From Gemmatimonadaceae bacterium (GTDB lineage Bacteria > Gemmatimonadota > Gemmatimonadetes > Gemmatimonadales > Gemmatimonadaceae): a stretch of DNA of 64,000 nucleotides. Every line of letters starts with the position of its first letter. Position 1 is the first letter of the stretch. The translations under genes and the position numbers were made by a program. Location of the stretch: positions 1,060 through 65,059 of the forward strand of contig JBGAJQ010000023.1 in NCBI GenBank assembly GCA_044224875.1, read 5' to 3'. This document shows positions 56,942 to 64,000 of this stretch, piece after piece. The notes below the pieces were generated by a model. That model had not been told where the DNA came from. It saw only the letters and a list, made by a program, of their open reading frames with translations, and ran no database searches.

Positions 56942-58530
56942 GGCGTGCGCTCTCGTCGCAGGGCGCGACCGGCGAGTGCATGCGTCAACCGCCCGCCGTC
57001 AATCGCCAAGCGCCCGTTCACCATGACGTACGTGACACCCACCGACAGCTCTGTCGGCGCTTCGTACGTCGACTTGTCGGAGAAGACCGACGGGTCGAAG
57101 ACAATCACGTCCGCGAATGCGCCACTCGCCAGGACGCCGCGGTCCTTCAAGCCGAACACCATGGCCGGCATTTGGCTGCTCCGATGCACGAACTCCGGCA
57201 GCGTCAGCAATGCGCGCCCCTTCACGTACTCCCGGTACTTCTTGGGAAACGTGCCATACTTGCGCGGATGCCCGTCGGACCCGTCCGAACCAGTTATCGT
57301 AAACTCCGCGCGCATGAAACGCGCGATGTCATCCTGGTTCATGTTGAAGCTGGCAACCGACGCGTCGCCGCTCAGGATGATCTCGATCGCCGCTTCCAGC
57401 GCCGACACGCCACGCGAGGCGGCAATCTCGTTCAGGCGCCTGCCTCCGTACCCTCGTGCATCATGATCCGTGATGAGGAGCGACTGTGCCCCACCGCGCC
57501 GTCGAAGGTTCTCCGACATCTCCGCCGAGATACGAGTCCGCGTCGGGACGTCCGAAAGCCGCTTCTTCAGTGAATCGGCGCCGCCGGCTTCAGCCCAACG
57601 CGGCAACAGCGATGCGCCAACACTCGAACCGCTCGCGTCATACGGGTACTGGTCGGCGGTCACGCGCTGGCCAGCGTCGCGCGCAGCACGAATCAAGGCG
57701 ATCGCGGAATCGCTCTTCCCCCATACATCCACTCCCAGCGCCTTGATATGCGAGATGTTCACTGCGGCACCGGTCTCGCGACCGATTCGCAGGGCCTCGC
57801 CGATGGCGCCTAGTAGACCAATCGAGTACGAGCTCTCGTCGCGGAGGTGCGTATCGTACACCCCGCCCATCGACCCCACGTCTCCCGCGACCGCAATGAC
57901 CTCGTCAACGCTCGCGTAGCTCTGCGGCGCGTAGTACAAGCCGGCGGACATCCCGACGGCCCCCTGCGCCATCGCGCCCCGCACCATCTCGCGCATCCGC
58001 CCGACCTGTGCCTGCGTGGCCGGCGATGACGACATGCCCAGGACCGACGAACGCACGCTGCCGAATCCCACAAACAACGCGGCATTGGTGCCAATACCAG
58101 TGCGCGTCCATTGCGCCAAGCGCCCGCCAACATCTGTCGGTCCGCCCCCATCGTTCCCCGTGAGCACGGTAGTCACACCTTGCGCCAGATACGCCGCGTT
58201 GTGTCTCCGGCTCGCGACGCTATTGGACAGGTCCTCGAACGTGTGAGTGTGGGGATCGATAAATCCTGGTGCCACAACCAAACCGGCCGCTTGCAGCGTG
58301 CGTTTGGCCGTCACCCGCGTCGCGCGGGCATCACCGACAAAAACGATGCGGTCGCCTCGTATAAGAACGTCGGCAACACGCTCGGGCGCTCCGGTGCCGT
58401 CGACAACCCGTCCACCCTTGATCAGGATGTCTCCGATCTGTTGGGCCACGGCGGCTTTGCTCACAAACGCAGCGACCAGCACGCCGTAGGTCGCCAGCCG
58501 CGCAAAACGCGCCCACCATGTGCGATTCAT
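56938..58530 (-). CDS. N-acyl-D-amino-acid deacylase (D-aminoacylase) family amidohydrolase, secreted
   Basis: ATG at 58530 (MNRTWWARFARLATYGVLVAAFVSKAAVAQ). ILIKGGRVVDGTG...DVLIRGDRIVFVG...PGFIDPHTH is the D-aminoacylase N-terminus. Its stop overlaps the next gene's start by 4 nt. Confidence 0.8.
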   Translation of the reverse strand: MNRTWWARFARLATYGVLVAAFVSKAAVAQQIGDILIKGGRVVDGTGAPERVADVLIRGDRIVFVGDARATRVTAKRTLQAAGLVVAPGFIDPHTHTFEDLSNSVASRRHNAAYLAQGVTTVLTGNDGGGPTDVGGRLAQWTRTGIGTNAALFVGFGSVRSSVLGMSSSPATQAQVGRMREMVRGAMAQGAVGMSAGLYYAPQSYASVDEVIAVAGDVGSMGGVYDTHLRDESSYSIGLLGAIGEALRIGRETGAAVNISHIKALGVDVWGKSDSAIALIRAARDAGQRVTADQYPYDASGSSVGASLLPRWAEAGGADSLKKRLSDVPTRTRISAEMSENLRRRGGAQSLLITDHDARGYGGRRLNEIAASRGVSALEAAIEIILSGDASVASFNMNQDDIARFMRAEFTITGSDGSDGHPRKYGTFPKKYREYVKGRALLTLPEFVHRSSQMPAMVFGLKDRGVLASGAFADVIVFDPSVFSDKSTYEAPTELSVGVTYVMVNGRLAIDGGRLTHALAGRALRRERTP

Positions 58531-58777
58531 GATATTTGCCGTTACGGTCGTCCAAACGTATGTCTGAGGCACCGCTCTCCGCACCCCATGCCCGAATGGC
58601 GGGGCAGGCCTTTCACGTGCATTGACACCGCGGAAGGGTGTTGCCCTCCCGCCAACCAGAATCCATCGTAGCCTCGTCGACTTCAACTCTTTCAAGTAGC
58701 GGCACCGCGAGGGACCCCCTGTGAGTCACACCGTTCATTCCTTGCCCGTCGGGTATCGATTCGTCACCAGCGCCCGG

Positions 58778-61003
58778 ATGCGCATCGCCGCAGCCCTCGC
58801 CCTGTGCTCCGGAACGTTAGGCGCCCAGGTCGCAACGCGGCCAATGACCTTTCTGGATTCGCAATTGATGCGAAGCGTTCAAGGCCTTGACCTGAGCGCC
58901 GATGGCCGCTGGGCGCTGTACTCCCTCTCGACGCCCGATTGGAATGAGGCGAAGCGCTACACCGACGTATACCTCGTCTCCGCGGATCGCGGGGTAGCGT
59001 CCACACGCCAACTCACGTTTACAAAGGACAAGAACGAAAACAGTCCCAAGTGGGCGAAGGACGGCACGTGGTTCGTCTTCTCCTCGAATCGCGACACACC
59101 GAACGGCGGCGCGAGCATGCAGCTATATCGCATGCGTCCAGACGGCGGCGAGGCACAAAAGCTGACCGACGTAAAGGACGGTGTTGGTGCCTACGCGTTC
59201 TCCCCTGACGGTCGCTGGCTGGTATATGCGGCTGGAAAGCCGGACGAGCAGCAGCTGTGGTCCATCGACGCGTCGACCGCTAATCCGACCTCGCCCACAC
59301 AACTCACCAAACACGCAACGCCCATCGGTTCTTGGCAGTTCTCCAAGGACGGGAAACAGCTCTTCTTCTTGTCTCCGGACTCCGTCGACAAGGACAACAA
59401 GGATCGCATCGAAAAGAAGTTCGATGTCAGAGTCCGAAACCAGGATCTCCCGCTGAATCATCTCTGGGTTGTGTCCTTGGCGGATCGATCAGAGAAGCGC
59501 CTCACGTCAGGCGCTGCGTACAGTGTGGAGAGTGTTACGCTCTCCGACGATGGCGCGTGGGCTGGCTTCCGCGCCTTGCCCAACAACCGCTACGAGCGAA
59601 CAATCACGGAATCCAGTGACTACGGCGACTTGTACCTCCTCAACGTCGCCAGCGGCAACGTTGAACGGCTGACAAACAACGAGGTCATTTCCGAGAGCAA
59701 CCTGAGTTTCGCACCCGACGGCAAGACGATTGCCTTCTCGGCCTCCGACGACTTCGTGTACTTCCGAGCCAACAAGGTGTACACGCGAGCGATCACCGCG
59801 CCTGGCACCTCATGGACCAAACTCGGCGCCTCCTACGACGGCGATGTGAACATCGGCTGGTGGTCCGATGATGCCAAGACGATTTTTTACATAGACGGCG
59901 TTCGTGCGACCAACCAGCTGATGGCTCTCGATCTGGAGCGGAACACCGTACGGCAAATGACCGACGTCAAGGCTTCACTCTTCGCATCCAAGGATGACGA
60001 GAGTGGCAAGATCCTCCTTAACTACTCAGACCCGAAAACACCACCCACCCCGTTTCTGGTGGCCTCGGTAGCCGACGTGTCCAACCGCGCCAACTGGCGA
60101 CAGCTCGCGGAACCCAATCCCCAGGTTGCCCAGCTCGCGTTAGGCGACGAGGAGGAGGTCTCGTGGAAGTCGAAAGACGGTCGTACGGTCGGCGGCATTC
60201 TCATCAAGCCGGTCGGCTACCAGCCTGGCAAACGATACCCGTTGATCGTCGCCATCCATGGTGGCCCTCAGAGTGCCGACGTCCTCAGCTTCAACGGTGG
60301 TTACGGCGCTCAAGTCTACGCCGGTGACGGCTACGCCGTGCTGCTTCCCAACTACCGTGGCTCCACCAACTACGGCGAGAAGCACAAGTGGGAAATCGTC
60401 GGTAACTACTTCCAGAAGGGGTACGAAGACATCATGACGGGCGTCGACAAGCTCATCGCCGATGGGCTCGTCGACAGCTCGAAAATGGGTGCGCTGGGCT
60501 GGAGCGCGGGCGGCCACTGGTCCAACTGGATCCTCACGCACACGGATCGTTTCAAGGCGATCTCTACCGGAGCCGGTACGACCAACTGGATCTCGATGTA
60601 CGCGCAGAGCGACATGCAGTACGTGCGCATGCATTACCTCGGCGGCAAGCTGCCATACGATGACTTCGAGGCCTACTGGAAGCAGTCACCCATTCGCTAC
60701 ATCAAGAACGCCAAGACGCCAACCATGATTCACGTCGTCGATGGCGACCCACGCGTTCCTCGCCCGCAAAGCGAGGAGCTCCATATGGCCCTGAAGAAGC
60801 TCGGCGTGCCGACAGAATTCTTCGTGTACCCCGGCGCGTCCCACGGCATTCCCGATCCTCGAAACCAACTGGTGAAGTCTGTCGCCGAGAAGGCCTGGAT
60901 GGACCACTGGATCCTCGGCAAGGGCGGCTTCCAATGGAAGGATGTCTTGAAGACGCTCGAGGAGAAGTCCGCCGCCACGGCGACGTCCTCCGACTCACGC
61001 TAG
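58778..61003 (+). CDS. S9 family serine peptidase (prolyl oligopeptidase/dipeptidyl peptidase type) with N-terminal beta-propeller
   Basis: GALGWSAGGHW (GxSxGG). PD40-like repeats are present (FSPDGRWLVYAA, FAPDGKTIAFSA). The C-terminal VDGDPRVP and GASHGI carry the catalytic Asp and His. The listed ORF starts at GTG 58721; ATG 58778 gives a signal peptide. Confidence 0.9.
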   Translation: MRIAAALALCSGTLGAQVATRPMTFLDSQLMRSVQGLDLSADGRWALYSLSTPDWNEAKRYTDVYLVSADRGVASTRQLTFTKDKNENSPKWAKDGTWFVFSSNRDTPNGGASMQLYRMRPDGGEAQKLTDVKDGVGAYAFSPDGRWLVYAAGKPDEQQLWSIDASTANPTSPTQLTKHATPIGSWQFSKDGKQLFFLSPDSVDKDNKDRIEKKFDVRVRNQDLPLNHLWVVSLADRSEKRLTSGAAYSVESVTLSDDGAWAGFRALPNNRYERTITESSDYGDLYLLNVASGNVERLTNNEVISESNLSFAPDGKTIAFSASDDFVYFRANKVYTRAITAPGTSWTKLGASYDGDVNIGWWSDDAKTIFYIDGVRATNQLMALDLERNTVRQMTDVKASLFASKDDESGKILLNYSDPKTPPTPFLVASVADVSNRANWRQLAEPNPQVAQLALGDEEEVSWKSKDGRTVGGILIKPVGYQPGKRYPLIVAIHGGPQSADVLSFNGGYGAQVYAGDGYAVLLPNYRGSTNYGEKHKWEIVGNYFQKGYEDIMTGVDKLIADGLVDSSKMGALGWSAGGHWSNWILTHTDRFKAISTGAGTTNWISMYAQSDMQYVRMHYLGGKLPYDDFEAYWKQSPIRYIKNAKTPTMIHVVDGDPRVPRPQSEELHMALKKLGVPTEFFVYPGASHGIPDPRNQLVKSVAEKAWMDHWILGKGGFQWKDVLKTLEEKSAATATSSDSR

Positions 61004-61089
61004 TCGCTCGTCTGCGGTGTGCCAGGTAGCGAGTCGCTTGGAAGCTGACTCACTATCTGGCGACCGTTAGGCAGGACCCACATCACCCG

Positions 61090-62880
61090 ATGCAAAGCCT
61101 TCCTACCGACCGACTCGCACGCCGGCCACTCGCTCGTGTGCTCGATGCGCTGGCCATTGTAGCGTCGTTCGGGCTTCTGGCGGGAGTTGTCCACAGCCTG
61201 GAGTTGCTCGTCAGCCGACTGCTGTTGAACGAGCTCGTCTGGGTCAGCCGCGACTTTGCGTGGATGTCGCCACTTGCCTACACCGCGCTGCTGTTCCCGG
61301 TCGCGCTTCTGTCGGCCATCGCCAGTGCCGTCACTCCCGCCGGATGGGTGCCGCGCCTGACGGTGTTCGCCTGTGCCAGTTTCGCGGTGTTCGGCGTCCT
61401 TCTGCCGTATTCGCAAATCGCACGCATCGCGTCGCTTCTCCTGGCTCTGGGGGCGGCGTACCAGCTCGCTCGCGCATACATGCCTCGCGCTCTCCGCTGG
61501 TACCGAACGTGCGCCGTCGCCGGGATGGTAGTTGTCGGAGGTATTGCCTTCCTCCAGCCTCGGCTGCGGGTGTGGGGCGCACAACGGGCCCTGGACAGCG
61601 TACCGGCAGATGCAACAGAACGGACCAACGTGCTGCTCATCATCCTGGATACGGTGCGCGCCGCCAGCATGGGGTTGTACGCGCCGGCCGATTCCACCAC
61701 GCCGCACGTCGATCAGTGGGCGAAGGATGCCACCGTGTTCGATGCCGCGTATTCCGTCGCGCCGTGGACGCTCCCTTCCCACGCTTCGTTCTTTACCGGC
61801 CGCTATGCGGGCGAGGTCACTGCGGACTGGAAAACGCCGCTCGATCGCGCGGACTCCACGCTCGCCGAGCTGTTTCGCGCCCGTGGCTACGCGACCGGTG
61901 CATTCATGGCGAACATGCACTACACAGCTTGGGATTCAGGGCTGGCGCGAGGCTTCTCCATCTATCGCGACTACCGCACCTCGTGGTGGCAGTTGGCCCG
62001 CAGCACGTCGTGGACACAAACCGTCATGTTCGACGAGCTGCGCAGCGCACGATCCGTTGCAGCCGTATTCTCGGCCCTGCTTCACCCGAACTTGTCGATT
62101 GATCCCAAGCACACGTTTGATCGCAAGCTTGGAAGCGAGGTGACCTCACAATTTCTCGGTTGGCAAAGAGCAGCCGGGAATAGACCGTTCTTTGCGGTGT
62201 TGAACTACTTCGATGCGCACCAACCCTACTACGCACCACGCGCATTTCTGCATTTTCCGCGAACGTCGGGTACCGCGCGGTATAAGGGGGCGATCGCCTA
62301 CCTTGACGCGAATATCGACTCCATCCTCAAGACGCTTCAGGCGCAGAAGGTCCTCGAGAAGACCTTGGTGGTCGTGACGTCAGATCACGGGGAGTTGTTC
62401 AACGAGCACGGGTTGAGTGGTCACGCGCATGACCTGTATCGAAATGTGCTCCACGTCCCCCTGATGTTGCGGCTGCCGAACATCGTGCCGTCCGGCGCTC
62501 GGGTTCCGCGCGTCGCTTCCCTGCGCGACCTCGCAGCCACCATCGTGGACCTTGCGGCGATCAAGGACGCGCGTGTGCCGGGGCAGTCGCTGCGTGCGCT
62601 CTGGTCCGATTCAGTGGCCGGTGCCAGCTTGGCGTTGGCCGAAGTGAGCCAGGCGCCGAACGTCGATCCCACATACCCGACCGCCAAGGGACCCATGAAG
62701 AGCCTGGTCGACGACACCGTCCACTACATTCGCAATGGGGACTCCACCGAACAACTGTTCAAGTTCAGGTCGGACACAGCTGAGTCGGTGAACCTGGCAG
62801 TAAACGGCTCTCCCGTCGCTGTTCCCTGGCGCCTGCTGGTGGACTCGATCCTCTCCACGCGGCCGCGCCAGCGCCCGTAG
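61090..62880 (+). CDS. membrane-anchored sulfatase-like hydrolase/transferase (alkaline-phosphatase superfamily)
   Basis: About five N-terminal TM segments, then NVLLIILDTVRAASMG...APWTLPSHASFFTG...VVVTSDHGELFNEHG, typical of LTA-synthase/sulfatase-like enzymes. Confidence 0.8.
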   Translation: MQSLPTDRLARRPLARVLDALAIVASFGLLAGVVHSLELLVSRLLLNELVWVSRDFAWMSPLAYTALLFPVALLSAIASAVTPAGWVPRLTVFACASFAVFGVLLPYSQIARIASLLLALGAAYQLARAYMPRALRWYRTCAVAGMVVVGGIAFLQPRLRVWGAQRALDSVPADATERTNVLLIILDTVRAASMGLYAPADSTTPHVDQWAKDATVFDAAYSVAPWTLPSHASFFTGRYAGEVTADWKTPLDRADSTLAELFRARGYATGAFMANMHYTAWDSGLARGFSIYRDYRTSWWQLARSTSWTQTVMFDELRSARSVAAVFSALLHPNLSIDPKHTFDRKLGSEVTSQFLGWQRAAGNRPFFAVLNYFDAHQPYYAPRAFLHFPRTSGTARYKGAIAYLDANIDSILKTLQAQKVLEKTLVVVTSDHGELFNEHGLSGHAHDLYRNVLHVPLMLRLPNIVPSGARVPRVASLRDLAATIVDLAAIKDARVPGQSLRALWSDSVAGASLALAEVSQAPNVDPTYPTAKGPMKSLVDDTVHYIRNGDSTEQLFKFRSDTAESVNLAVNGSPVAVPWRLLVDSILSTRPRQRP

Positions 62881-62926
62881 GCGCACGAGGCGGTCCCACA
62901 CGCCCCGTGCGACTCGGACGTCCTTG

Positions 62927-63295
62927 TCAGAATGGCGGTATCGTCAGCTCAATCACGTCGCCGCGACTGATCATGATCTCATCCGAGACCGTCTGGCCGC
63001 GGGCACCGATCGGATGGACGACGAACTTCATGGAGTACAGTCCTCGATCGAGGTACTTCGGCAGCGTGAACTTCGACGTCGTGTTCCCTGTGGCGATCCC
63101 AAGCCGATACGACGCGCCGTCGCGAATCGCGTACACCACCGCGTCCAGCCACGCCTGATTGCGCACCTCCACCGTCGTGGCGGCGCTGTCCTTGGCGGCT
63201 ACCACTATCGTATCCGCGCCAACGCTCGTCGCGCGCGCGGGCGACGCAACCGCCAGTACGGCCAGCGTACCAAGCATTGTAAGAGCGGTTCGCAT
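62927..63295 (-). CDS. small secreted hypothetical protein
   Basis: ATG at 63295 is preceded by AAGGAGG. Signal peptide MRTALTMLGTLAVLAVASPARA. Beta-rich sequence with no family recognised. Confidence 0.55.
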   Translation of the reverse strand: MRTALTMLGTLAVLAVASPARATSVGADTIVVAAKDSAATTVEVRNQAWLDAVVYAIRDGASYRLGIATGNTTSKFTLPKYLDRGLYSMKFVVHPIGARGQTVSDEIMISRGDVIELTIPPF

Positions 63296-63472
63296 CCTTG
63301 CCTCCTTGCTGAGCACCCTTCCCCGTGAAGGGTTTGTGTCCGCTGCTACCCTTGGCCTGAGCAAAGGTTCGCGCATCGGTCATCGTTGGGTCGACATGAC
63401 CCGCCGTGTCTGATCCACCGTGCCCGCTGCCCGACCGCATGCCCAGCCGCCGCGCCGTGTCTGATCACGCCG

Positions 63473-64000
63473 TCAGTTCGAACTCTTGGAATCGGACGGC
63501 GCAGCCTCGAACCACTGCTGAGAGATCTCCAAGTACGCGCGGACGCCTTCCGAATCCCTTGCTTGCACTGCCGCGCGAATGGCACGCAGGCTGGCCTCCA
63601 CGGCCTCGAGCGCGCGGGTGAGAGGAACCTGGTTTTCCTCCGCGATCGCTGTCCACACATCGGGTGAACTGCCAGCCAGCCGAGTCGCGTCGCGCCCCCC
63701 GGGGCCCAAGGCACTCCGATGCACGCCGGCCTCGCACAGGGCCGTCGCCAGCGCACAGGAGACGAACTGTGGCAAGTGGCTCGACCACGCCAGGAGATTG
63801 TCGTGTACCTGCGCGGACGTGAACTCGGGGACGGCGCCTAACGCGCTCCAGAAGGACGCTGCACGCGCGATCGCTGAACGGTCCGTCGCTTCGCCAGCGC
63901 AAAGGTACACGCGTGCCGCGGCAAACCTCCCCGCGCGCGATGCTGGCCAACCGCTCCGATGGTCACCCGCCAACGGATGTGCCCCGACAAACGTGCGCAT
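63473..64000 (-). CDS. tyrA: prephenate/arogenate dehydrogenase, C-terminal part (N-terminus beyond window)
   Basis: FVGAHPLAGDHRSG (HPMAG-type motif) and SHLPQFVSCALA...GGRDATRLAGSSPDVW match the TyrA dimerisation domain. The frame is open to base 64000. Confidence 0.75.
   Translation of the reverse strand: MRTFVGAHPLAGDHRSGWPASRAGRFAAARVYLCAGEATDRSAIARAASFWSALGAVPEFTSAQVHDNLLAWSSHLPQFVSCALATALCEAGVHRSALGPGGRDATRLAGSSPDVWTAIAEENQVPLTRALEAVEASLRAIRAAVQARDSEGVRAYLEISQQWFEAAPSDSKSSN

Noticed and set aside
1868-63843. Considered whether GTTAGG copies are telomere-like (TTAGGG-type) repeats, a CRISPR- or REP-type repeat family, or insertion scars.
   Set aside because: The copies are single, dispersed about 1.6 kb apart, mostly in frame inside conserved proteins, and share no flanking sequence beyond 8 bp. 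They are never tandem, so they are not a repeat element or an array. Chi or KOPS-like polarity is also not supported, because orientation is 20:19.
1-64000. Searched by eye for tRNA/rRNA genes, CRISPR arrays, transposases, integrases, phage genes, restriction-modification, toxin-antitoxin or other defence modules, and for a compositional island.
   Set aside because: None was found. Gene content and base composition look uniform and chromosomal, so I do not claim a mobile element or a defence system in this window.

Overview
This is a high-GC (mid-60s % by eye) bacterial chromosomal segment that is densely coding on both strands. I support about 55 protein-coding genes. The content looks like a soil Gemmatimonadota- or Acidobacteriota-type organism, but that is an inference from gene content only: a PadR regulator next to an ADOP-type orphan permease, a CarboxypepD_reg/TonB-plug protein, a DUF1080 protein, and many Tat- or Sec-exported hydrolases. 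Functional themes:
- Peptide and amino-acid scavenging: M48, M3, M20, S9, TldD/PmbA, D-aminoacylase, PBP4, a beta-lactamase-fold hydrolase and an AstE/AspA-like deacylase.
- Nitrogen acquisition: amt-glnK followed by two hydrolases, with a formamidase next door.
- Glycoside scavenging: DUF1080, a NupG-type permease, two Gfo/Idh/MocA oxidoreductases and a GH29 fucosidase.
- Metal homeostasis: CDF and VIT1/CCC1 transporters.
- Envelope functions: two PAP2 phosphatases, a fused membrane spermidine-synthase-like protein and a sulfatase-like enzyme.

I saw no rRNA, tRNA, CRISPR array, transposase, integrase, phage gene or recognisable defence or toxin-antitoxin module, so I cannot point to a novel gene system of that kind.

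The most unusual signal is a DNA word rather than a gene. The non-palindromic octamer CGTTAGGC/GCCTAACG (core GTTAGG) occurs at least 39 times as the core and 23 times as the full octamer, on both strands in equal numbers. Most copies sit inside genes, written with A/T-rich codons (TTA-GGC for Leu-Gly, CCT-AAC, CTA-ACG, GTT-AGG). One inverted pair forms a hairpin across a stop codon. This resembles DNA uptake signal sequences or other selected genomic words and needs genome-wide statistics.

Secondary observations:
- An edge gene missing from the ORF track.
- Twin operator-like inverted repeats upstream of padR.
- A signal peptide encoded upstream of the only canonical start codon of one gene.
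- A Tat-exported TldD/PmbA pair.
- A 958-aa HExxH / beta-propeller / beta-barrel protein in an operon with a D-aminoacylase and a methyltransferase.
- A PII protein lacking the canonical T-loop Tyr51.

Many long ORFs in the track are shadow ORFs of the high-GC genes and were rejected.
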